This document shows positions 33,424 through 41,863 of a DNA stretch of 46,668 nt, piece after piece. Both the position numbers and the translations under genes were made by a program. This DNA comes from Akkermansia muciniphila (GTDB lineage: Bacteria; Verrucomicrobiota; Verrucomicrobiia; Limisphaerales; SXTU01): positions 1 through 46,668 of the forward strand of contig CAMBZO010000001.1 in NCBI GenBank assembly GCA_945872195.1. Direction: 5' to 3'. Under the pieces are notes generated by a model. That model had not been told where the DNA came from. It searched no databases and saw only the letters and a program-made list of their open reading frames with translations. Numbering within the stretch: position 1 is the first letter of the stretch; every line of letters begins with the position of its first letter.

Positions 33424-36111
33424 TCAGTAAGTAAGGGTCAACGCAATCAATCCGCTGTAGAGAAAGTCATCCACCTTGCCGGCGCGCGAGGTCTCTTCGA
33501 GGCCGGGCACGGGGTCGGTGCTGCGACGGTAAATGTCCTTGTAGCCGCGACCCGGCAGCAGCACGCCCCAGCCGGCGGAGAGAATCACATTGTCGGTCAA
33601 GAAGGGCCGATACTGGAGGCCGAGGCTCAGGTCGAGGCCCAGCTCGCGGTCAATCTTATCCGTCAGCAACGCTGTGCGCAGCGGGTCTGTCTCGGCGAAC
33701 CGGATGTAGTTCAAGTTCACGAACGCCTTGAGCTTGGGGGTCACGTCCATATCCGTGCCGAGGCCCCAGAGGTAGATGCCGGGGTTCACGAAGTTCGCCT
33801 GGCCCTGCGCTTTGCTCGTCCGCAAGTTCGGCACGAGCGAGCCGCCCTGCTTCAATCCCACCGCCGTCCCACCGAAGTTAAATCCCTGCCGCACGTAGTA
33901 GCTGAATGGCCCACCGACGAAGTTCGGGTTGTCGAGAATCGTGTCGAAGCCCGTCGCCTTGCCGTCATCGGCCTTGCTGTCGCCGCTCGCGTAAACGAAG
34001 GAGGCTTTGTAGCGCACCCAGTCGCGGTCGTAGCTCAGTTCCAGCGCGGCGAACTGCGCGTTGATGTTCACCGGTTGGCCTGCGAGGCCGTTGAAGTCGT
34101 CGCGTCCAAACGCGTGATAGAACTGGTGCGAGACATTCCAGCGTCCGATGTGGCCGTCGCCGCCGAAGCCGAGGTAGTAGGCACGCACGTCGTGCGGGCG
34201 CACCGTGCCGATGGGCGTGGGCCTGACGATGCCGCCGTTGCGGTCGTAGTGGATGTCGGCGTCGTCGAGGTTCGCGTGGAAGCTCCACGTCGTGGTGTAG
34301 CCCTTGAAGAAGGTATCCTGCAAATAGGCGTTCGCGATGACCACTCGCTGGTTGCGCTGCTCGAAGGTGTTCAGGCCCGAGTTCGTGTCCTTCTCGCGCA
34401 TGTCGAACACCGCCGCGTTGTATTGCAGCCGGTTGTTCGCGTAGTTGCCGAAGATCCGCCCGCCGAGGTTCGTGTCGTTGAAGAGGAAGCCGCGGAAGTC
34501 GGAGTTGAACGTCTGGTTGCCGCCCTTGAGAGCGATAAAGTCGTAGCTGTCCGTGAGGTCGCGCAGGTGCAGCTCGATGAAGGCTTCCTGCAACGCCCAG
34601 TAGTCCTTCGTGCGAACCGTCGAGCGGCGGCCGGCGAGGCTGTCGGCGGACGTGAGTTGCCCCGCGAGCAGCGTGTTGATGTCAGCGGGGTTCGTGACGA
34701 AGGCGTTGCTGGGATTGGCGAAGTTGTTCCCCGGTCCGCCACCGAGGAAGCCGCGCGGGTCGGGCGAGACGCCGCCGGTTTCCTGCACGTGGAGGTAGTT
34801 GATGTTGTAAACCGGCGTGAGCTTGATGGCCCACTCGACGGGCTTGAACACCGTCTCGCCACGAAACAACTCCACCGCGAACGCCATGTTGTTCTGCACC
34901 GACAACGCCTCGCCGCGACCGAAGAACTCGTATTGTCCCGGCTTGGCCGCGCTCGCGCCGCTGGGCGTTGGGACGACTTGGCCGCTGAAGTCCGTCGAGT
35001 TGTTGACCGTGACGTTGAGGAAAATGTCCTGGCCGATGACGGGCAAATCGCCCTTGAGCACGCTCTGGTAATACGGATGCCACAGGCGCGGCTCGTGGTA
35101 GTAGAAGGGGTCTTCGCCGCTGCCGTTGGCGTAGCGCTTCCACGGCAGGAAGCCTGTGCGCCAGCGGTCATTTGCCGACTCGGTGTTCGGCGGCAGTGCC
35201 ACGCCGGTGTCGCGCGCGATGCCGCTGCTCTCGAAGTGCGGGTGGAAGGGGAGATTGCGCCGGGTGTTCGCGCGCGGGAGGTCCAGCTCGCGGGGGAGTT
35301 TGTCCAAGCCATACTTCGCCTTCGACTCCGCCGTCTGTGGCTCCACCGTGAGCGTGCGAATGGCTGCGCGCGGCAGAGTGAACGCCACTGGCTCGGACCC
35401 AAACCCACTCGGCGCACGCGGGGGCACGGCGACGACCTCGGTGTCGCGAAGTAGCACACGCGGCAACGCCAGCGGCGCAGGCACCGGCTCCGACCCAAAC
35501 GGAGGGCCGAGCGTGAACTCGGGTTTGAAGAACGGCTCCTCGATGGGTTTGGAGTTCTTCACGCCGGGGTCGGGATTGAATTGAGGTGGGGTTTTTGGCG
35601 CGGGTTGCACGGTGCGCGTGACTTTGAGCTGCAGGCCCGAGGCTTCTCCCACGAACGAGAACGGCGCAGTCGGCCCGGTGCGCGGGTCGGGCGTGAACTT
35701 GTCCGGCACCGCCGGTGGCGTCCCGCTGCTCAACGTGACGCGCGGGACGAAGGTGGCCTCGATGGCCGGGAAGAGCAGCGACGCCGGGAACGGTAGAAAA
35801 TTCTTGTCCGGCTCCGGGCTGAAGATGCTGGGCGCGAGGGGCGGCGGGCCGGAGGTGGTTTCCTGGAGTGGCTTGAGCCGATCGCGCACGCGCTCGGCGT
35901 CTTCCTTCGGCGAGAGGACTGGGGACGAAGCAGGGCTGACTGCGGACTTGGATTTTGCCGGGCGGTTCGTCAGGAGAGCGCCCGGCTTGACCGGCTCCGC
36001 GGCGTGGCCGGGCGCACATGCGAGACCCACCGCGACGTAGGGCGCGGCGGACCGAAGCAGGCCGCGCAATCGCGGGAATTTATGGCCCTGAAACGACAGT
36101 GGCATCTGCAT
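33424..36111 (-). CDS. outer-membrane beta-barrel protein (alginate-export/AlgE-like barrel, from memory) with a Pro-rich N-terminal extension of about 300 aa
   Basis: There is a signal-like N-terminus after the ATG at 36111 (MQMPLSF...AVGLACAPGHAAEP). The C-terminal ~550 aa are Gly/Asn/Tyr-rich with amphipathic strands, contain the motif YASGDSKADDGKATGFD, and end in an aromatic residue (LTLTY). The track ORF extends to 36714, antisense to the neighbouring gene. Confidence 0.7.
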   Translation of the reverse strand: MQMPLSFQGHKFPRLRGLLRSAAPYVAVGLACAPGHAAEPVKPGALLTNRPAKSKSAVSPASSPVLSPKEDAERVRDRLKPLQETTSGPPPLAPSIFSPEPDKNFLPFPASLLFPAIEATFVPRVTLSSGTPPAVPDKFTPDPRTGPTAPFSFVGEASGLQLKVTRTVQPAPKTPPQFNPDPGVKNSKPIEEPFFKPEFTLGPPFGSEPVPAPLALPRVLLRDTEVVAVPPRAPSGFGSEPVAFTLPRAAIRTLTVEPQTAESKAKYGLDKLPRELDLPRANTRRNLPFHPHFESSGIARDTGVALPPNTESANDRWRTGFLPWKRYANGSGEDPFYYHEPRLWHPYYQSVLKGDLPVIGQDIFLNVTVNNSTDFSGQVVPTPSGASAAKPGQYEFFGRGEALSVQNNMAFAVELFRGETVFKPVEWAIKLTPVYNINYLHVQETGGVSPDPRGFLGGGPGNNFANPSNAFVTNPADINTLLAGQLTSADSLAGRRSTVRTKDYWALQEAFIELHLRDLTDSYDFIALKGGNQTFNSDFRGFLFNDTNLGGRIFGNYANNRLQYNAAVFDMREKDTNSGLNTFEQRNQRVVIANAYLQDTFFKGYTTTWSFHANLDDADIHYDRNGGIVRPTPIGTVRPHDVRAYYLGFGGDGHIGRWNVSHQFYHAFGRDDFNGLAGQPVNINAQFAALELSYDRDWVRYKASFVYASGDSKADDGKATGFDTILDNPNFVGGPFSYYVRQGFNFGGTAVGLKQGGSLVPNLRTSKAQGQANFVNPGIYLWGLGTDMDVTPKLKAFVNLNYIRFAETDPLRTALLTDKIDRELGLDLSLGLQYRPFLTDNVILSAGWGVLLPGRGYKDIYRRSTDPVPGLEETSRAGKVDDFLYSGLIALTLTY

Positions 36112-36181
36112 CAATGAGAGGCGTTCCACCAAACGAAAAGCAAGCTCGCGCGTGTAAGCGAAGTGTAAAACTTTCGTCAAT

Positions 36182-37801
36182 TTGCTTGCCGCTCGGCGCA
36201 GGTTTTTCCACAACTGGTGGCGTTTGAAGTCCGCCCTGTTCATCCTTGGCCTTCTGCTGTCTGTCCTGCCCGTGCGCGCGCAGATGACGGTGGCGGATGT
36301 GACCACGGTGCTGGCCCAGGCGGTTTCGCGCGCGGCGGTCGTCTCGCCCGCGAGCGTGGTCGCGGTGGTGGACCGCGAAGGATTCGTGCTCGGCGTGTGG
36401 AGCGTGAACGGCCTCGCGCCGTCGGCGGACAACCTCGCCAACGCCATCGCCAAGGCGGGCACGGCGGCGTTCCTCAGCAGCGGGCAGAACGCCTTCACCA
36501 CGCGCACGGCGGCGATGATCGTGCAGCAGAACTTCCCGCCCGGCGTGAACAAGCGCCCGCCCGGCCCGCTGGTGGGCGTGAACTTCTCGCAGCTCTCCTT
36601 CTCTGACATCAACAAATTCAAGCTGCCTGCCGCCGCGCCGCTCGCGTTCAACGCGACGCCGGGCGCGACGGTGACGCCGATTGCCACTCCCCTCACCGGT
36701 GGCCTCGCCGGCACGGCGGGCGGCGTGCCGCTCTACATTGCTGGAGTGCTGGTTGGCGGCGTGGGCGTCGCGGGCGATGGCGACGACAGCCCGCTCAACA
36801 TCTCTGCCTCCACGGTCATCAGCTCGAAAGTGGACGAAGATGTTGCGCTCGCGGGACAAGTCGGCTTCGGGCCTGCCTCCCGGATTCTTGCGTCGAAGGT
36901 GTTCATTGACGGCATCGCGCTGCCCTACGTGGCGAGCACGACAGCGCTCGGCGTCGTGACGCCGCTGGGCGGCATCGGCGCGGTGGTGGCCGGCTTCGCA
37001 CCGGCGGCGAGTCCCGCCGCGCCGTTGCCCTACGTGGCCACGACGATGGGGGGTGTGACCGGCCAGATACGCCAACCCATCACCGCCGATCTCAGCCCGG
37101 TCCCGCTGCCGGGTGGAACGGTGCGGCTCACGGCGGCGGAGGTCACAGCCATCCTCACCGCTGGCGCGAACCGCGCCCGCACCACGCGCGCGGGCATCCG
37201 CCTGCCGCGCGGCGTGCCGATGCAGTGTTTTATTTCCGTGGTGAGCAATCCGAACTCCGCTGGCACCGCGCCCGTCGTGCTCGGCACGTTCTGCACCTCG
37301 CCGGACACGACGCGGTTCAGTTGGGATGTGTGCGTTCAAAAAGCGCGCACGGCGATTTTCTTCAGCACGGACACTCGGGCGTTCACGGCGCGCACCGTGG
37401 GCTTCATGGCGCAAGGCACTTTCCCCCCCGGCATCGGCGGGACGACTCCCGGCATCTTCCTCGGGCTGCAAGAACGCTTCTCCATCATCACCGTCCCGGC
37501 GATCGCGGCCGTCAACACGCTCAATGGCGCGGCCTTCACGACCTCCATCGCGGTGAACCCGAACCTGCCGAACGGCATGACCGTCTTCGCCGGCTCCATG
37601 CCGCTGTATCGCGGCGGCGTGCTCATCGGCGCGGTGGGCGTGAGCGGCGATGGCATCGATCAGGACGACCTCGTGGCCGCGTCGGCAGCGGCGGCGTTGG
37701 GTGGAATCTTCCTGCCGCCGGAAACAGTCCGAGCCGATCGCAGCCTCCATCGCGGGGCACGTCTGCCGATGGTGAAGTTCCCACGCAACCCGGCGCTGTA
37801 G
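36182..37801 (+). CDS. secreted protein with two tandem DUF336 (GlcG/HbpS-like, putative heme-binding) domains
   Basis: Two copies of the family pattern are present: AIAKAGTAAFLSS...GGVPLYIAGVLVGGVGVAGDGDD and VQKARTAIFFST...GSMPLYRGGVLIGAVGVSGDGIDQDD. A signal-like stretch KSALFILGLLLSVLPVRAQ precedes them. Only TTG starts are available (36182 or 36224). Confidence 0.7.
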   Translation: MLAARRRFFHNWWRLKSALFILGLLLSVLPVRAQMTVADVTTVLAQAVSRAAVVSPASVVAVVDREGFVLGVWSVNGLAPSADNLANAIAKAGTAAFLSSGQNAFTTRTAAMIVQQNFPPGVNKRPPGPLVGVNFSQLSFSDINKFKLPAAAPLAFNATPGATVTPIATPLTGGLAGTAGGVPLYIAGVLVGGVGVAGDGDDSPLNISASTVISSKVDEDVALAGQVGFGPASRILASKVFIDGIALPYVASTTALGVVTPLGGIGAVVAGFAPAASPAAPLPYVATTMGGVTGQIRQPITADLSPVPLPGGTVRLTAAEVTAILTAGANRARTTRAGIRLPRGVPMQCFISVVSNPNSAGTAPVVLGTFCTSPDTTRFSWDVCVQKARTAIFFSTDTRAFTARTVGFMAQGTFPPGIGGTTPGIFLGLQERFSIITVPAIAAVNTLNGAAFTTSIAVNPNLPNGMTVFAGSMPLYRGGVLIGAVGVSGDGIDQDDLVAASAAAALGGIFLPPETVRADRSLHRGARLPMVKFPRNPAL

Positions 37802-37897
37802 CCTGCTGGTGACGGAAAGATCGGTGCGGGTAAGCGGTGGGACCAAGAGCGGACCACCCAATCCTGCACACCATCGGCTGCGCCCGCACGTTCCAGC

Positions 37898-38929
37898 TCA
37901 GAGCTTCACGCGCGCGAGGTAAATCGCGGACTTGCCCTCGTGCGAGGAGTAGTAGCTCACCCAAAGCAGGTTGTCGTGCCAGACAAGGCCGGGGTAGCTG
38001 CTGTCGCCGCTGCTGGGCAGGTCGAGCAGGGGCTTCAGCTCGCCTTTTGTGACGTCTAGTTCGCAGACGACAGTCATGGTCTTCTTGTCCGGGCCGTGAT
38101 TGTGCAAACGGCCGCAGGCAATCCAACGGCCGTCGGGAATCTGGATGAAGTTTGGGCCGCCGAGAAATTGGCCGAGGTCTTTCCACACCCACTCGTCGTA
38201 GGGAATTCGTTTGCTGATGCCCAGCAGCGCGGTGTTGGAAGGCTTTCCGTCGCGGCGTTGCAGGCAATAGAGCGTGCCGTCCGGTGCGACCCGCAAGGTG
38301 GCCTCCGTCGGGCCGTTCTCAGTGGAGAGGTCATCTACCAGCGTGTCGAAGTCCGTGCCGTTCTTGGTGATTAGCAGCGACGTGCCGTATTTCTTCGCAG
38401 TGCGACTCTCGGGCGAAACGTCGTAGGCGATTCCCAAGCCGTTGTTGCGGTGCCACGTGACGCGCCAGAGCCATTGGTTCGTCGGGCCGACCCAGAAGAC
38501 CTTGCCCCACTTTTTCCCGTCATCGGAGAGCGCGACGAAGGACTGGCTCTCGGTGGCAGGCTTGTTCCCCTCGCGCACGGTCGCGCCGCCGAGCAGCATG
38601 AGGCGCGGTGGGTTCGGCATGACGGAGATTTTCGGGTCGCGCAAGTCGAAGCCCGCCATTTCGATGCGCGCCGTGGATTCCCACCAGTAACCGCTGTCGC
38701 TGGTGAGCACGCGAATTGCGCCGTCGGGGGAGACGTGGCCGCCGCCCTCGCGGAACGTGCAATACCAGCGATCCTTGAAGCGCACGAGGTCGGTGAACGC
38801 GTTGTGCGGTGCGGCGTCCCAGATTTTGCGGTGCTCGACGAGCCGGGCAGCGGGTGCTGGCGCGGCGGTGTCGGCGGCGAGAACTGGCAGCGCGGCCAGC
38901 AGGCAGGCGAGGAGTAATTTTGCGTTCAT
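37898..38929 (-). CDS. secreted Asp-box (BNR) beta-propeller, sialidase-superfamily-like protein
   Basis: It has a signal peptide (MNAKLLLACLLAALPVLAAD) and Asp-box-like motifs LTSDSGYWW and LSDDGKKW. Start moved from 38995 to the ATG at 38929. Confidence 0.6.
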   Translation of the reverse strand: MNAKLLLACLLAALPVLAADTAAPAPAARLVEHRKIWDAAPHNAFTDLVRFKDRWYCTFREGGGHVSPDGAIRVLTSDSGYWWESTARIEMAGFDLRDPKISVMPNPPRLMLLGGATVREGNKPATESQSFVALSDDGKKWGKVFWVGPTNQWLWRVTWHRNNGLGIAYDVSPESRTAKKYGTSLLITKNGTDFDTLVDDLSTENGPTEATLRVAPDGTLYCLQRRDGKPSNTALLGISKRIPYDEWVWKDLGQFLGGPNFIQIPDGRWIACGRLHNHGPDKKTMTVVCELDVTKGELKPLLDLPSSGDSSYPGLVWHDNLLWVSYYSSHEGKSAIYLARVKL

Positions 38930-39049
38930 GCGTTGGTTGTAGCGGGTTGGCGACGGGGTTTCAACCGGAACTCCAAGGAAGGCTATTTTCACCACGGACA
39001 GAGACGGATGAATGCGGCGCAGGATAGGCGCGAGCAGGGGCGCTTGGAC

Positions 39050-40021
39050 CTATTTCTTCTTCGCCGGTGGCGCGTCTTTCGGCGGCGGGAGGAAGAACAG
39101 GTTTCCGTTTGCCTTGGTCTTGCGGGCGAAGACCTTGTCCGCACAGGTCACGTAGAGCACGTCCATGTTCGGACCGCCGAAGCCGCAGCTCGTCATGAAC
39201 TTGTCCGATGGTTTCGGCAGCACGCCGCTCATGCGGCCCGTGGGATCGAACACCTGCACGCCCATGGCGCTCGCGACGTAGTAACGGCCCTGTGCGTCGC
39301 TCGTCATGCCGTCGCCGCTGCTGGCGGCCTTGTAAACCGGTGAGCGGCCGTCGGGGCTTTTCGCGTTCACGTCCACCTCGGTGCGCATCGTCATGTAAGG
39401 CTCCTTGTGCGCGAGCGTGCCGTCCGGCTGGATGCGCATGGCCCACACGTGCTGCCCGCGCGAGTCAGACACCGCGAGCGTGCCCTGGTCTGGCGAGAGG
39501 GTGAGACCGTTCGGTGCCGCGATGCCCACGTCCACGGCGAGCTTCACCTTGGTCTGCGGGTTCACAAAGGTGATCTGCTTCTTGCCCGTCTCGGTGAAGT
39601 AGATATGCCCCTTGTGCGTGACGACCAAATCATTCGGCTGCACATCTTCAGCGATGACAACCTTCTTCCCACCTGGAAACGCGAACGCCACGAGCTGCTT
39701 GTCCTTGCCCACGCATGCGTAAAGCCTTCCATCCGGCCCCCACTTCAACCCGCTGCACGACGTGCCTTCGAGCAGCTGAGTCTTCTTCCCATCCGGTGAG
39801 ATCTGCCAGACCGCCGGCGGCGTGCTCCGCATGTCGCTGAAGTAGAAATTGCCCTTGTCATCCGCGCACGGCGCGTCGGTGAACGCGTGTCCCTCGGACA
39901 CCAGCTTCCAGCCTTCGCCCTCGATGAGCAGCATCGAGAGCGGCATGTCCTGCGAGTGGGCTTTGAGCGTGAGGAGTGCGAAGCCGAGAAGTGTGAGCGT
40001 CCAGTGGTCGATTTTTTTCAT
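39050..40021 (-). CDS. SMP-30/gluconolactonase/LRE-like six-bladed propeller protein
   Basis: It has a signal peptide (MKKIDHWTLTLLGFALLTLKAHS). The motifs FTDAPCADDKGNFYFSD, APNGLTLSPDQGTLAVSD, GDGMTSDAQGRYYVA and GPNMDVLYVT are typical of the family. Confidence 0.75.
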   Translation of the reverse strand: MKKIDHWTLTLLGFALLTLKAHSQDMPLSMLLIEGEGWKLVSEGHAFTDAPCADDKGNFYFSDMRSTPPAVWQISPDGKKTQLLEGTSCSGLKWGPDGRLYACVGKDKQLVAFAFPGGKKVVIAEDVQPNDLVVTHKGHIYFTETGKKQITFVNPQTKVKLAVDVGIAAPNGLTLSPDQGTLAVSDSRGQHVWAMRIQPDGTLAHKEPYMTMRTEVDVNAKSPDGRSPVYKAASSGDGMTSDAQGRYYVASAMGVQVFDPTGRMSGVLPKPSDKFMTSCGFGGPNMDVLYVTCADKVFARKTKANGNLFFLPPPKDAPPAKKK

Positions 40022-40106
40022 GCGCAGTGAGGAGTTGTTTGACGGCCAATCGCAGTCGCGGCAAGCCGAAACGAGCGACTCTCAACCGGCGGACTCAACC
40101 CCGGCG

Positions 40107-41717
40107 TCACTTCCCCGCCGTCACCTCGGCATCGAAGACGCCAGTGAGCACACGACCTTCGCTCTTCACTTGCACCCAGATGCGATAGTGACCGGCGCGG
40201 GGGAACTCGTAGGGGAACGAGACGGAGTCAGTGAGGCCAGTGGCGTGCGGTGTTGGAGTCTTGGTAGGGGGCAGTTCCTTCACCTCGGCTCGCGCGGCTT
40301 TGCCGTCCTTCTTCCCCTCCTTTGTCTCGCGTTTCACGAAGGCTTCTTGTGCTGCCATCGAGATGGTCCCGACGGGGTGCAGGTGCGCGAACACGCCGCC
40401 GTCCGCGCGACGCACCGCCGCGTGGCCGGACATGCCGATGTAAGGCTCCAGTGGGGCAGGGGAGCCGTCGGGCTTGAGCACCTTGAAGCGCAGCGGCGCT
40501 TCGCGCTTCGTTTGTAACGCGTCCGTCCGCTCCCACTGCATCACGTAGCCGCCGGGCAGGCGGCAGGAGTTCGGAGTGCCTGCGGGCAGCGGGTCGCCGA
40601 AGTGCCACGAGTCATCCGGGTCGAAGGCGTTGGCGGAGTCGTCACCCGCCGCACGGCGCACGGGCACGCCGCAGAACGGGTCCGACGCTCCGGCGCGCCG
40701 CGGGACATTCGCGAAGTTCGCAGACGGCTCCGGCAAATCAGCCTTCGCTGTGAGCGTTTGGGAAAAACCCGTTTCGTGTGTCACGTCCGCGATGACCGAG
40801 TAGCGTCCCGGCGGCAGCGGCGGAATGGCGGTCTCGAAAACCTGGCCCGCGCGCTGAATCGGATGCAGGTGCGCGAAGGTGTCCGGGGCCTCGTCGCGGA
40901 TGAGGAAGAGGTGCATCAGTTTGCCGTGGTCGGGCGCGAGCGGCGACCAGTGGCGCTGCCCGCCATCGCGCGTGTCCACCTCCAGCCGCAGGATGGGCAG
41001 GCCATTCGTCACGAGCACGGTGGCGTCGAGCGGCAGCGGGCGGTAGAGGCGATTGTTGCGGTAGTCGCGGTCCACGGCGTCCCACCACGACTTGCCGCCC
41101 ACGACCATGCCGGTGAAAAGCAGCGTGCTGGCAATCATCGCCAGCGTCGCGCGGACACGGACAGGCCGCGCGATTTCTTCACCCGGTTTCAAGACTGACT
41201 CGCCCCAAGCTGCACCGACGAGTCGCACTGCTGCGATGAAGAGAAAGACGCCGAGCACGAGCAGCGTCGTCGCAAAGCCGGGAACCATCTCCTTTCGTGC
41301 GGTCGCGAAGTTATTGACCGGCACCATCACCCCGCCCGCGCCGCCGGTTCCCTCGACTTGCACATGCACACTGTAAGCACCCGGCGTCATCAGCCAAAGC
41401 GTGGCGGAATAGAGATTGGTCTCACCGCGCACCGGTTGGGCCACGTCGGCCGGGGGCGAGCCGCCCTTGCCCGCCCGCCAATGCACTGGCAACACCGCGA
41501 CGCGCGTCACGCCCGGCCCCAGCGTGCGCACAGAAATCTCCGCCACCCCCGGCACGACCTCGGGTGGGCGCACCACCACGCGCACCGGATGCGGCCCCGC
41601 CTTGCCCTCGAAGATGACATTCGGGCTGCCGATGTGAGCCGCAACAGGCGAGGCGAGCGACAAGAGCAGGAGGCAGAAGAGGAAACACTGTTTGCCGCGA
41701 AAGGGCGCAGAGAGCAC
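40107..41717 (-). CDS. hypothetical exported or membrane-anchored protein with repeated FAHLHP motifs (start uncertain: GTG 41717 or ATG 41867)
   Basis: A signal-like stretch CFLFCLLLLSLASPVAA is followed directly by HIGSP. Two internal TM segments follow, then two modules containing DHGKLMHLFLIRDE..TFAHLHP and GMSGHAAVRR..GVFAHLHP. No family assigned with confidence. Confidence 0.6.
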   Translation of the reverse strand: MLSAPFRGKQCFLFCLLLLSLASPVAAHIGSPNVIFEGKAGPHPVRVVVRPPEVVPGVAEISVRTLGPGVTRVAVLPVHWRAGKGGSPPADVAQPVRGETNLYSATLWLMTPGAYSVHVQVEGTGGAGGVMVPVNNFATARKEMVPGFATTLLVLGVFLFIAAVRLVGAAWGESVLKPGEEIARPVRVRATLAMIASTLLFTGMVVGGKSWWDAVDRDYRNNRLYRPLPLDATVLVTNGLPILRLEVDTRDGGQRHWSPLAPDHGKLMHLFLIRDEAPDTFAHLHPIQRAGQVFETAIPPLPPGRYSVIADVTHETGFSQTLTAKADLPEPSANFANVPRRAGASDPFCGVPVRRAAGDDSANAFDPDDSWHFGDPLPAGTPNSCRLPGGYVMQWERTDALQTKREAPLRFKVLKPDGSPAPLEPYIGMSGHAAVRRADGGVFAHLHPVGTISMAAQEAFVKRETKEGKKDGKAARAEVKELPPTKTPTPHATGLTDSVSFPYEFPRAGHYRIWVQVKSEGRVLTGVFDAEVTAGK

Positions 41718-41853
41718 AGAGGTGAAATTTTTAACTTCCAACTTCCAACGCTGAACATTGAACGAACGCGCCGTTGGAAGTTGAGCGTTGAACGTCGAGC
41801 GGTGGACTTTTTCTTCCTTCGGCTTTGCGCTCTCTGCGCCCTTTCGCGGCAAA
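41691..41853. repeat. 163-bp MITE-like palindromic element with perfect 25-bp terminal inverted repeats
   Basis: TTTGCCGCGAAAGGGCGCAGAGAGC (41691-41715) is the exact reverse complement of 41829-41853. The interior carries AACTTCCAAC / GTTGGAAGTT repeats related to the GTTGAAAG family. Confidence 0.8.
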
Positions 41854-41863
41854 AGAATCGCCT

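Noticed and set aside
36112-36714. A 201-codon upstream extension of the barrel gene.
   Set aside because: It runs antisense through the first DUF336 domain of the divergent gene. A signal-like N-terminus follows the ATG at 36111.
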